Shown here piece after piece: positions 51,160-59,872 of a stretch of 64,000 nt of DNA. The stretch's first letter is position 1. Each line of letters begins with the position of its first letter. The notes under the pieces were generated by a model, which worked only from the letters and a program-made list of their open reading frames with translations, was not told where the DNA came from and searched no databases. The position numbers and the translations under genes are program-made. Source of the stretch: Candidatus Multivorans sp. (GTDB lineage Bacteria; Acidobacteriota; Thermoanaerobaculia; Multivoradales; Multivoraceae); contig OZ251997.1 in assembly GCA_965247095.1 (NCBI GenBank), positions 4,128,001-4,192,000 on the forward strand, read 5' to 3'.

Positions 51160-52311
51160 TTAGCCCGCTCTATGTAACAGAACGACTTCTCGTGCGGCTG
51201 GTGCCGTAGAGCGCTGTGAAGCGTGCCATCGGCGCCTGGGTACGTCGCGCCAGATTCGGCCAGCTTTGGGCAGTGGTGCTTCGACGAAGCCGGCAGTTCG
51301 GAGGGTCTCAAGGTAGAGCCCCAAATGCAAGTCTGGCTTTGAGAAACCGACGACCTGGACGAGTCTGGCGCGGTCGCGCATGACTCGACGTATGGCTGAC
51401 ATTCTCTCGCCGAGCAAGTTGAAGTAGTTCCGGCTTTGCCGGCCTCCTAGCGTGTAGTACGACTCTCCACGCCCATCGTTGGCCGCCGCGATCCAGAAAG
51501 GGACTGAAGTCTCTTTGCCGCCTCCCGTTTGCCAGCGATGATAGAGAACGTGGACTCCGGGGTATGGAGGGCTGGTCACGACGAGATCGGCCCGGATTCC
51601 ATCCTCAAAAGGTTCCACCGCGCCGATGTCGAGTGCGTCCGACGTGACGAGGCGCGGTTTGTTGGCGCCATTGGTTTCCGCTTTCTTCCAGAATGACGCG
51701 AGGTCCTTCAACATCGCGTGGATGACGGTGTGCAGCCGTTCGCGGAAGGCGACCGTTCTCGCAACTTCTCGGCGCCCATCTATTGCCCACTGCGCTGCGT
51801 TCAAGATAGCCCCACGTGCGACTCGCTCCACCGTCGGGTCGTCGTCGTCTGGGATGCTGGTAAGAGCGACGCCGATGAGCTTGCGGATGGCCCGGCAAGC
51901 AGGTCCAGTGAGGTTCCGGGAGGTCTCCGGCGAAGGTTGGTTCGCCTCGTCAATCGCGTGGTGGTAGCGAATCCTCCTGACGGTGTCCTCGGCCCAGGTG
52001 TTCAACACACTTTCCGCGCGCTGCGAGACTCGGGATGTCTTTAGTCTGGCGAGGAAAATCGCAAGCTCACTGATGTCCAGACCAACCGCACTTCGACCCA
52101 TCGCGATCGCTTCGACTGCGGTCGTACCGCCGCCGCAGAACGGATCCAGCACCAACTGCCCCGGTCCGGAGAAGTGGTCAATGGCGGCTTTCGCAAGCTG
52201 AGGAGAGAAACGACCGGGGTAGCGGTAGAACCAGTGAGTCAGACCAGCTATGGGATTTGGATCCAGAGCTGCTCTACGAAGGGCCTTGAACTCAGTGTGA
52301 AGATGAGACAC
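51160..52311 (-). CDS. DNA amino-methyltransferase, probably N4-cytosine
   Basis: THWFYRYPGRF (motif X-like), VLDPFCGGGTT (motif I), VVTSPPY (motif IV). Confidence 0.85.
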   Translation of the reverse strand: MSHLHTEFKALRRAALDPNPIAGLTHWFYRYPGRFSPQLAKAAIDHFSGPGQLVLDPFCGGGTTAVEAIAMGRSAVGLDISELAIFLARLKTSRVSQRAESVLNTWAEDTVRRIRYHHAIDEANQPSPETSRNLTGPACRAIRKLIGVALTSIPDDDDPTVERVARGAILNAAQWAIDGRREVARTVAFRERLHTVIHAMLKDLASFWKKAETNGANKPRLVTSDALDIGAVEPFEDGIRADLVVTSPPYPGVHVLYHRWQTGGGKETSVPFWIAAANDGRGESYYTLGGRQSRNYFNLLGERMSAIRRVMRDRARLVQVVGFSKPDLHLGLYLETLRTAGFVEAPLPKAGRIWRDVPRRRWHASQRSTAPAAREVVLLHRAG

Positions 52312-52377
52312 GGCAGTTGCCCTCGTGAGTGGTCGAGGCTGGTGAGTAGCTCAGCGGTCCCAAAGCGGCGACTCGCC

Positions 52378-53814
52378 TCAGCTCGCCTTCGGCAGTGCCC
52401 CCATCACGGCCTTGACCTCGAGGAACTCCTCGAAGCCGAAGTCGCCCCATTCGCGGCCGTTGCCGGACTGCTTGTAGCCGCCGAAGGGGGCGCCGAAGTC
52501 GGCGGGGGCGCCGTTGATGTGGACGTTGCCGGCGCGGATCCGGGAGGCCACGCTGCGGGCGTGGTCGAGGTCGCCGGACTGGACGTAGCTGGACAGGCCG
52601 TAGGGAGTGTCGTTGGCGACTCGGACCGCTTCTTCCTCGGTCTCGTAGGGAAGGATCGCCAGCACGGGGCCGAAGATCTCCTCGCGGGCGATCGTCATGT
52701 CGTTGCTGACGCCGCCGAAGACGGTGGGACGAACGTAGTAGCCGCTGCCCATGCCCTCGGGGCGGTCCGTGCCGCCGGTGACGAGCTCGGCGCCCTCTTC
52801 GATGCCCTTGGCGATCAGAGCCTGGATCTTGTCGTACTGGACCTTGCTGACGACGGGACCGATGGCGACGCCTTCCTGTCCCGGCGGGCCGACGACGGTC
52901 GCCTCGGCGGCGGCCTTGGCGACTTCCAGGGCGCGGGCGTGAGCGGCCGCGGGCACGAGCATCCGGGTCGGGGCGTTGCAGGACTGGCCGCTGTTCAGGA
53001 AGCACTGCCGGGTGCCGGCCTTGACCGCCCGGTCGATGTCCGCGTCCTCCAGCACGATGTTCGGCGACTTGCCGCCGAGCTCCTGGGCGACGCGCTTGAT
53101 CGAGTCGGCGGCGGCCTTGGCGACGGCGCGGCCGGCGCGGGTGGAGCCGGTGAAGGACATCATGTCGATCCCGGGGTGGGCCGACATCGCGGCGCCGACC
53201 TCGGGGCCCTCGCCGTTGATCAGGTTGAAGACGCCCGGAGGAACGCCCGCGTCGTGCAGGATCTCGGCGAGCAGGATGGCGTTCAGCGGGGCGACCTCGC
53301 TGGGCTTCAGGACCATCGTGCAGCCGGCGGCGAGCGCCGGGGCGACCTTGCAGGCGATCTGGTTGATCGGCCAGTTCCAGGGCGTGATCAGGCCGCAGAC
53401 GCCGACCGCTTCCTTGACGATGTTGGTCGTGCCGCGTGTCTCGACGAACTCGTAGTTCTTGAGCACGGCGAGCGCGCCCGCGAAGTGACCCATGCCCGAC
53501 GGCGCCTGCGCGGCCTTGGCGAGCCAGGCCGGGGCGCCCATCTCCGCGGAGATCGTCTCGGCCATCTCGCCGATCCGCGCCTTGTAGCCGGCGACGATCC
53601 GGCCCAGGAGCTCGACCCGCTCTTCGCGGCTGGTCTGGGAGAACGACTCGAAGGCGGCCTGCGCCGCGGCCACGGCGCGGTCGACGTCGGCCGCGCTGCC
53701 GAGGCTGATCCGGCCGATCGGCTCTTCCGTCGACGGGTCGATCACGTCCATGGTCTTCGACGTGACCGGGTCGACCCACTCTCCGTTGATGTAGAACTGC
53801 AGCGCTTCCTTCAT
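52378..53814 (-). CDS. NAD(P)-dependent aldehyde dehydrogenase
   Basis: ITPWNWP, LKPSE, FTGST, ELGGKSP, NSGQSCNAP, EEIFGPV, PFGGYKQSGNGRE. Confidence 0.96.
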   Translation of the reverse strand: MKEALQFYINGEWVDPVTSKTMDVIDPSTEEPIGRISLGSAADVDRAVAAAQAAFESFSQTSREERVELLGRIVAGYKARIGEMAETISAEMGAPAWLAKAAQAPSGMGHFAGALAVLKNYEFVETRGTTNIVKEAVGVCGLITPWNWPINQIACKVAPALAAGCTMVLKPSEVAPLNAILLAEILHDAGVPPGVFNLINGEGPEVGAAMSAHPGIDMMSFTGSTRAGRAVAKAAADSIKRVAQELGGKSPNIVLEDADIDRAVKAGTRQCFLNSGQSCNAPTRMLVPAAAHARALEVAKAAAEATVVGPPGQEGVAIGPVVSKVQYDKIQALIAKGIEEGAELVTGGTDRPEGMGSGYYVRPTVFGGVSNDMTIAREEIFGPVLAILPYETEEEAVRVANDTPYGLSSYVQSGDLDHARSVASRIRAGNVHINGAPADFGAPFGGYKQSGNGREWGDFGFEEFLEVKAVMGALPKAS

Positions 53815-53873
53815 GGGACCTGTCTCCGCGTGTGTTGTTTTCCGGGACCGGTGAGTGTAGCCCGGATGCGAGG

Positions 53874-55271
53874 CTAGACGCGGCGGAGGACTTCTCTCGC
53901 CGCGCGCTCCCCGCATCCGGCACCGACGGCGATGGCCCGGCTCAAGCCGATGCCGTAGAGCGCATTGCCGGCCAGATAGAAGCCGCCGACCTCATTCAGC
54001 GCAGCCTCGATCCAGGCCACCCGTTGCGGGTGGCCGGGGGCGTACTGCGGGATCGCGTGGGGCCAGCGGGCGATGCTGGTGAAGACCGGCGCGGCGTCGA
54101 TGCCGACCGTGCGGCGTAGTTCTCGGCGGGTGAGGTCGATCAGTTCGTCGTCGTCGAGCTCGGCGGCCTCGGGGTCGACGCTGCCGCCGAACATGGAACG
54201 GGCGAGGAACTGGCCGTCCGGGCTGCGGCCGCGGAAGGTTGCGGTCTCGTACTGGCAGCCGAGCATGCGGATGCCCTCGCCACGGGCGACGAGGAAGCCG
54301 TAAGCGGGCTCCAGGTGGGCTGTGGCCGAGGCGTCGAAGGCGGTGTGGACGACGGCCATCGGCGGCGATTCGATTTGCCGGAGTTCGTCGGCTGCCAGCG
54401 CCGAGACTCCGGCCACGAGATCCGCGACCGCGGGCAGGTCGGCCGCGACCACGACGGCGTCGGCGGCAAGCTCGCCGTCGGAGGAGGTGACGGTGAAGCC
54501 GGCGCCGTCGGCGCGGCGCTTGATCGACGTGACCGCGTGGCCGCAGCGGACCTCGATTCCCGGCATTGCGGCGATGGCATTCGGCAGGGCCTGAATGCCG
54601 TGGCGAAAGGTCTTGTGTCCCGGCGGCGGTACGCCTCGCCTGCGGCCGGCGCGCATGGCCTTGAACAGGGAGCCGTGGGCTTGCTCCATCGCCACGAGCC
54701 GCGGCAAGGCGGCGGCTGCCGAGAGTCTCCGTGCGTCGCCGGCGAAGATGCCGAGGACGACGGGTGAGATCAGGCGTCTGGCGGCCTGCCGGCCCATGCG
54801 GCGGGCGGCGAAGTCGAACAGCGATTCGTCGTCTTCGGCGCTGCCGCTACCTCGTCGACCACGCACCAGGGGCTCCATCGCCAGCCGCGCCAGCCCAAGC
54901 GGTCCGAGCAGGCCGCTCCGGGCGAACGGCAGCGGGCTGCGCGACAGCTCGCGCAGCTTGCCTCCCCGGTAGATGGAGCGGCGGTTCGCCGCCGGCTCGG
55001 GCGAGATGACCTCCTCGCCGAGGCCGCAGGCGTCGATCATCTCCCGCAGCACCGGCTGATCGTCGAGGAAACCCTGCGGGCCGGTCTCGATCAGGAGCCC
55101 GTCGGCCTGCTCCGTCCGCGCCTTGCCGCCGACCTCGGTGTCCGCCTCCAGCACGACGACCTTGAGTGCGATCCCGGCACGCCCTGCCTCGGCGGACGCC
55201 TTCCAGGCGGCGGCCAGTCCGGAAGGCCCGCCGCCGACGATCACCAGGCGGCCGGCCCGCTCGACGCTCAA
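53874..55271 (-). CDS. hemY: HemY-type protoporphyrinogen oxidase
   Basis: IVGGGPSGL, E...VGGK, ETGPQGF, GIFAGD, YGFLV, AIPQY..GH, LAGN..YGIG. Confidence 0.88.
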   Translation of the reverse strand: MSVERAGRLVIVGGGPSGLAAAWKASAEAGRAGIALKVVVLEADTEVGGKARTEQADGLLIETGPQGFLDDQPVLREMIDACGLGEEVISPEPAANRRSIYRGGKLRELSRSPLPFARSGLLGPLGLARLAMEPLVRGRRGSGSAEDDESLFDFAARRMGRQAARRLISPVVLGIFAGDARRLSAAAALPRLVAMEQAHGSLFKAMRAGRRRGVPPPGHKTFRHGIQALPNAIAAMPGIEVRCGHAVTSIKRRADGAGFTVTSSDGELAADAVVVAADLPAVADLVAGVSALAADELRQIESPPMAVVHTAFDASATAHLEPAYGFLVARGEGIRMLGCQYETATFRGRSPDGQFLARSMFGGSVDPEAAELDDDELIDLTRRELRRTVGIDAAPVFTSIARWPHAIPQYAPGHPQRVAWIEAALNEVGGFYLAGNALYGIGLSRAIAVGAGCGERAAREVLRRV

Positions 55272-56380
55272 ACGTCGCGCTCCGCTTCGGCGTGGACGGC
55301 CTCGGCGTGGACCGTCTCGATCAGGGTCTGCACCGCCTCCAGCGGGGTCTCCGGCAGGACGCCGTGACCCAGGTTCACGATGTGGCCGCGGCCGGGCAGG
55401 CTGTCCAGCAGCCGTCTCGTCTCGCGGCGGATCGCCTCCGCGCCGGCGAGCAGCACGGACGGGTCCAGGTTGCCCTGCAGGCATAGATCCGGCCGGTGCC
55501 GCCGGAGCGCCCCGAGGTCGGTGCGCCAGTCGACGCCGAGCACCTCGCAGGGCAGTTCGGCGTAGTCAGAGGCCAGTTGCGGCGCGGCGTGGAGGAAGAG
55601 GATGCGCGGCGCCCCCGCGTCGCCGACGCGCTGGAGCAGGCGCTCCAGGTGCGGCCGCACGCGCCGGTGCCACTCGGCGCGGGCGAACAGGCCGGCCCAG
55701 GAATCGAACACCTGGACCGCGTCGGCCCCTGCCCGGTGTTGCGCGATCAGGTAGCGGGCGCAGAGGCGGCCGAGCCGGTCGAGCAGGGCGTCGAAGGCCG
55801 CGGGCTCTTCGTAGGCGAACGCCCGCAGCCGGGGGAAGTCGCGCACGCCGCGGCCTTCGACCAGGTAGGCGGCCAGGGTCAGGGGCGCGCCGGCGAACCC
55901 GAGCAGCGCCTTGCCCGGGTCGAGTTCCCGGCGGACGATCCGCTGGGCGGCCGTGACCTCGGGCGCGATCGCGGCTTCGTCGAGATGGTCCGGGTCGGGC
56001 AGGGCGGCTACCGACGCGGCGTCGCGGATCGGTCGGGCGATCACCGGGCCGGGATCGAAGCGGAAGTCGATGCCCAGGGCCGGCAAGGGCGACATGATGT
56101 CGGCGAACGTGATCGCCGCATCGAACGGGAAGCGGCGAAGCGGCATCAGGGTGACCTGGGCCGCCAGTTCGGGGTTGCCCGCGAGTCCGGCGAAACCATG
56201 CCTCTCCTTGAGAGCCCGGTACTCGGGCAGGATGCGTCCGGCCTGCCGCATGATCCACAGCGGCCGTCGCGGCGTGTCCTCGAAGCGCAGCGTCCGCAGG
56301 AGCAGGTTGGTGTCAGGCTGGGCAGAGGTGTTCGGCGACGCGGCCGCCGGACGGGCCGCGGACTCGGCAGAGGCAGTCAC
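55268..56380 (-). CDS. hemE: Uroporphyrinogen decarboxylase
   Basis: WIMRQAGRILPEY, DAAITFADI, GFAGAP.TLA.Y, QVFDSW, QGNLDP, NLGHG. Confidence 0.95.
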   Translation of the reverse strand: MTASAESAARPAAASPNTSAQPDTNLLLRTLRFEDTPRRPLWIMRQAGRILPEYRALKERHGFAGLAGNPELAAQVTLMPLRRFPFDAAITFADIMSPLPALGIDFRFDPGPVIARPIRDAASVAALPDPDHLDEAAIAPEVTAAQRIVRRELDPGKALLGFAGAPLTLAAYLVEGRGVRDFPRLRAFAYEEPAAFDALLDRLGRLCARYLIAQHRAGADAVQVFDSWAGLFARAEWHRRVRPHLERLLQRVGDAGAPRILFLHAAPQLASDYAELPCEVLGVDWRTDLGALRRHRPDLCLQGNLDPSVLLAGAEAIRRETRRLLDSLPGRGHIVNLGHGVLPETPLEAVQTLIETVHAEAVHAEAERDV

Positions 56381-57708
56381 TTGGCGACGTCCGCCGCGCG
56401 GCGGCTCTCCAGCAGCTCCGGTGCTGCGGCGGCGAGGAAGGCGTCGACTCCTTCCTGGCCGATCTCGGTCGCGACGGCGCGCAGACCGACCACCGGCAGG
56501 TGGCTCAGACGCTTTGCCATGGTCGCGGTCCACTGCTTGAGCGCCGCGCGCTCGGTATCGGAGAGATCCTTCAACTCGCCCTGGAGAAGACGGTCGAGGT
56601 TGGCGCCCAGGGAGTCCTGGTACTTCGCGCCGATCGCGCGAATCGCGCCGGCGACCGACCGGGTCGCCATCGCCTCACGGTAGGCGTCGAGTTCCTCGTC
56701 GATCAGGACACGCGCCTCGGCGGTGCGCTCTCGCCGGTTGTGCAGGGTCTGCTGTGCCAGCTCGTTGATGAGGTCCATGCCGATCCGTTCGAGGCCGGCC
56801 GCGTCGGTGTCCCGCGGCGCCGCATCGGCCGGGATCGCCATGTCGACCACCAGCGGCGCCGCGCCCAGCTTCGCCCGTCCGTTGCGGGCCAGGGCGAAGA
56901 GGCAACGTCGATCGACTACGGGCGCCGGCGCGCCGGTCGAGAACAGCACCGCGGTGACCGCCGGGGCTTTGGCGCGGAAGGCGTCGAGGCTCATCGTTTC
57001 GATGGCCGGATCAGGCGCTCCGGACGGGGCCGCTCCCGCAATGCGCGCGGCGAGGTTTTCGGCCTTCCCTGGAGTGCGGTTGACGAGAACCAGGGGCACG
57101 CCCCGGCTGTGCAACCGCTCGGTGCAGGTTTCCGTCATCGCCGCCACGCCGACCAGGGCGACCGGTCCCGCGACGTTGGCCGCTCGCTCGCTCAGCAGGT
57201 CGGCCGCGATCTCGGACAGGGAAGTGCGCCCGTCTCCGATCCCGGTTTCGCGGTGAACGCGCTTGCCCGCCCGGAGCGCGGATTCGACCACCCGCCGGAG
57301 CTCGGAGTCGACCGCACGGCTTGCGGTCGCCTCCTCCAGGGCGTCGCGCAGTTGCCCGCGGATCTCCCGTTCGCCGGGCTGCGCCGAGTCGAGGCCGGAC
57401 GCCACCAGGTAGAGGTGCTCGACGGCGCCCTCTCCCTCCCAACTCCGGAACACCCGCCGCGCGGCGCCGGCGCCCGCGATCAGACGGAGGAGTTCCCGGC
57501 GGCAGGACGCAAGCGTCGCGCCAGGTTCGGCCGAGAAGATGTAGGCCGCCCGGTTGCAGGTGGCGAGGTAGATCAGCCCCTGGGCGCCGATCCTCCCCTT
57601 CAGCCGCCTCAGCGCGGCCGCCCTGCGCTCCGAAGGAAGCGTGTACTGGGCGATTTCCTCGGCTGAGGCATAGCGCCAGGTCGCAGCGACCACGCAGCAG
57701 TTGTCCAT
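56377..57708 (-). CDS. hemA: Glutamyl-tRNA reductase (divergent)
   Basis: LATCNR, HL..VASGLDS...GE.EI.GQ, KRVHRET.I, VNRT, DMAIP.D. Confidence 0.88.
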   Translation of the reverse strand: MDNCCVVAATWRYASAEEIAQYTLPSERRAAALRRLKGRIGAQGLIYLATCNRAAYIFSAEPGATLASCRRELLRLIAGAGAARRVFRSWEGEGAVEHLYLVASGLDSAQPGEREIRGQLRDALEEATASRAVDSELRRVVESALRAGKRVHRETGIGDGRTSLSEIAADLLSERAANVAGPVALVGVAAMTETCTERLHSRGVPLVLVNRTPGKAENLAARIAGAAPSGAPDPAIETMSLDAFRAKAPAVTAVLFSTGAPAPVVDRRCLFALARNGRAKLGAAPLVVDMAIPADAAPRDTDAAGLERIGMDLINELAQQTLHNRRERTAEARVLIDEELDAYREAMATRSVAGAIRAIGAKYQDSLGANLDRLLQGELKDLSDTERAALKQWTATMAKRLSHLPVVGLRAVATEIGQEGVDAFLAAAAPELLESRRAADVAK

Positions 57709-57740
57709 CGGGCGATTCTGACTCAGTTCGACGCGCGGAT

Positions 57741-57757
57741 TGTCACAGGTGTGTCAC
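57741..57757. promoter_or_regulatory. TGTCAC-N5-TGTCAC direct repeat upstream of hemA (OmpR/PhoB-like box?)
   Basis: 11-bp periodic hexamer 33-49 nt upstream of hemA ATG. Confidence 0.3.
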
Positions 57758-57841
57758 CGGTTCGCCTCGGGGCCGGGGCTGCCGTTTTCCCGCACGACGA
57801 GTGGCGGCCAGCTAGCCGCTATAGCTATAGCTGGTTCGCGG

Positions 57842-58267
57842 CTACAACGTGATGACGATTCCGCTGCGCTTTCCCGCCTGACGCACGTCCTCGACGAACG
57901 ATCCATCCGTTCTCGCACGGACACTGACAACCTGGATGTCCCCGGCAGCCATGCGATCTCCGAACAGCAGCACCGCGGCGTCTGGATCGCATTGCCGCGA
58001 GGTCCAGATCAGGCCATCCACGTCGTGCTGGTCGTAGATTGCCGCCTCCACGGTTCCGCCCGCGTAGAGCGAAGGAACGCAGCGTCCCTCCTCGTCTTGG
58101 ATCGGCGCGAACCGCGTGTCAGGGCCACGGCACGGATTGAAGTCGTTTCCGGCGAACCGCCGGGGGTGGACACGATGCAGAAGCTCGTGCGGAGCCCTTA
58201 CGACGACGTTGGGTTCGGCGAGAACTTCGGACGGCCGCGGAAGGGCTGCTCCGAAACTCTCATCCAT
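57842..58267 (-). pseudogene. RES-domain toxin with probable internal in-frame deletion
   Basis: LHRVH, FNP...TRF, LYAG..EAAIY joined directly to DVDGLIWTSRQ...LFGDR; only 141 aa. Confidence 0.65.
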
Positions 58268-58772
58268 ACGCCGGTTCCGCGAGCCGGCGGGCTGCCTGGA
58301 CGACCAGCGCGTCGTCGTCCAGCCGGTCCTGGGGTCGGTCGCCGTCGAGCCACCCGTTCGCGGAGGCGAACCACAGCGCCGTTTGCCACGGCGTTATCGT
58401 TGCCGGGAGTTCGGCGAGGACAGCTCCCACCGCGGGCCGTGGCGACCCGTCCTCGAACTGAAACGCGGGGTAATAGTTGCGGCCTTCCATCCGAAGGGCG
58501 AACGTCTTGCCTTCCGCCTTCCAGCGCGACGCCGGCTCGCTCGTGTTCCTGGAGCGCAGCCCCGACGCCAAGTGGATTTCCGCCGCGGTCAGCATCGGCG
58601 TTTCGGTCACGTAGGTGCGGCGCAGTGTCAGGTTGTCGACCGCCAACTCCTCGTCCACGTCGGAATAGTGCGCCCAGAGCCGCACTAGAAGGCTGTCCAA
58701 CAACCGGTCCCAACCTTCGCGCTCCGGCGCGGGCGAGAACTCTTCCCACAGCCGGTTCAAGCGATCGGCCAT
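58260..58772 (-). CDS. Xre/MbcA/ParS-like antitoxin (in frame with hemH)
   Basis: ASRWK.EGK.F, YYPAFQF, W..ALWF.SANGWLDG.RP; overlaps RES start. Confidence 0.78.
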   Translation of the reverse strand: MADRLNRLWEEFSPAPEREGWDRLLDSLLVRLWAHYSDVDEELAVDNLTLRRTYVTETPMLTAAEIHLASGLRSRNTSEPASRWKAEGKTFALRMEGRNYYPAFQFEDGSPRPAVGAVLAELPATITPWQTALWFASANGWLDGDRPQDRLDDDALVVQAARRLAEPAYG

Positions 58773-59858
58773 GCCGGCCGCTTTACCGGCAACGTGCTGC
58801 GGACAGCTACTGGCCCGGCGCCACTCTCGCGTGTTCTTCAGGATGAGGTTGGCGAGCGCGTCGAGGTGGTCGGGCCGATCGTTGAGGCAGGGGATGTAGC
58901 GGAGTCGCTCGCCGCCGGACTCTTCGAAGTAGCCGCGGCTCTCGACTTCAATCTCCTCGAGTGTCTCGATGCAGTCGGCGGAGAAGCCGGGGCAGGCGAT
59001 GTCGACGTTCTTGAGCCCGGCTTCGGGTAGTTCGCGCATGGCAACGTCGGTCTTGGGCCGGATCCAGAGTTCGCGGCCGAACTGCGACTGGAAGGTGCTG
59101 AGAACGCGCTCCTCGTCGATGCCGAGTTCCTCGACCAGGAGCCGGGTCGTCTCCAGGCACTGGCACTGGTAGGGGTCGCCGTTGTCGACGTAGCGCTGGG
59201 GCACGCCGTGGTAGGAGAGCACGAGCCGGTCCGGCTCGCCGTGCTCCCAGGTTTCGCGGATGCTCGCGGCGAGAGACCGCAGGAAGCCCGGATCGTCGTA
59301 GTAGCTGTTGATCGTGCGCAGTTCGGGCACCCAGCGCCAGCGGCGGAGCTGCTTGGCGAGCATGTCGATCGTGGAGGCGGTGGTGGCCGCCGAGTACTGT
59401 GGGAAGAGCGGGAAGAACAGCAGGCGGGTGCAGCCCTTGCGGCGCAGTTCGGCGAGCGCGCTCCGGATCGACGGTTCGCCGTACCGCATGCCGAGCGCGA
59501 CATGGAAGGGCGGTTCCCCGTCGCGCCGGCGTTGCCGCAGCCTCGCGGCGATGCCCTCAACCTGGCGGTTGCCGATGGCCAGCAGCGGCGAGCCTTCGTC
59601 GGTCCAGATCTTCTGGTAGAGCTTCGCTACCCGCTGCGGGCGCGTGGTCAGCACGAAGAGGTAGAGGATCGGCAGCCACTTCCAGCGCGGCGCCTCGGCG
59701 ATGCGGGTGTCGCTCAGGAACTGCCGGAGGTAGCGGCGTAAGGCCTTTGCCGTCGGCGCCGCGGGGGTGCCGACGTTGGCCAGCAGGACGCCGATCGCGC
59801 GGCGGTCCGCGTCACCCGGCAGGTGGGGTTCCGGTTCGTAGAGGGATGTGCCGGTCAT
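58260..59858 (-). CDS. hemH: Ferrochelatase, read through without stop into the antitoxin
   Basis: LLANVGTP, YLRQFLSD, SPL, MRYGEP, PLFPQYS.AT, SYHGVP, FQSQFG, GFSADCIETLEE, IPCLND; HemH domain ends near 58820. Confidence 0.9.
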   Translation of the reverse strand: MTGTSLYEPEPHLPGDADRRAIGVLLANVGTPAAPTAKALRRYLRQFLSDTRIAEAPRWKWLPILYLFVLTTRPQRVAKLYQKIWTDEGSPLLAIGNRQVEGIAARLRQRRRDGEPPFHVALGMRYGEPSIRSALAELRRKGCTRLLFFPLFPQYSAATTASTIDMLAKQLRRWRWVPELRTINSYYDDPGFLRSLAASIRETWEHGEPDRLVLSYHGVPQRYVDNGDPYQCQCLETTRLLVEELGIDEERVLSTFQSQFGRELWIRPKTDVAMRELPEAGLKNVDIACPGFSADCIETLEEIEVESRGYFEESGGERLRYIPCLNDRPDHLDALANLILKNTREWRRASSCPQHVAGKAAGMADRLNRLWEEFSPAPEREGWDRLLDSLLVRLWAHYSDVDEELAVDNLTLRRTYVTETPMLTAAEIHLASGLRSRNTSEPASRWKAEGKTFALRMEGRNYYPAFQFEDGSPRPAVGAVLAELPATITPWQTALWFASANGWLDGDRPQDRLDDDALVVQAARRLAEPAYG

Positions 59859-59872
59859 CTTCGAACTGCGGG

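Larger units (their letters stand above)
46790..52330. other. Putative horizontally acquired defence-type island between glcE and aldehyde dehydrogenase (boundaries approximate)
   Basis: Visibly more A/T-rich with many A/T-ending codons; TA, ATPase and MTase content; no integrase seen. Confidence 0.6.

Noticed and set aside
52340-52377. tRNA-like fragment GTAGCTCAGCGGT at the right island edge (possible att site)
   Set aside because: No matching GAGC D-stem, anticodon arm or GTTCGA T-loop, and no counterpart at the left edge.
46763-52377. Prophage, IS or integrative element as carrier of the island
   Set aside because: No integrase, transposase, terminal repeats or target duplication could be seen.
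53862-53920. CCGGATGCG...CGCATCCGG inverted pair as another REP copy
   Set aside because: Only the 9-bp tail matches, and one arm lies in hemY coding sequence; too weak to call.
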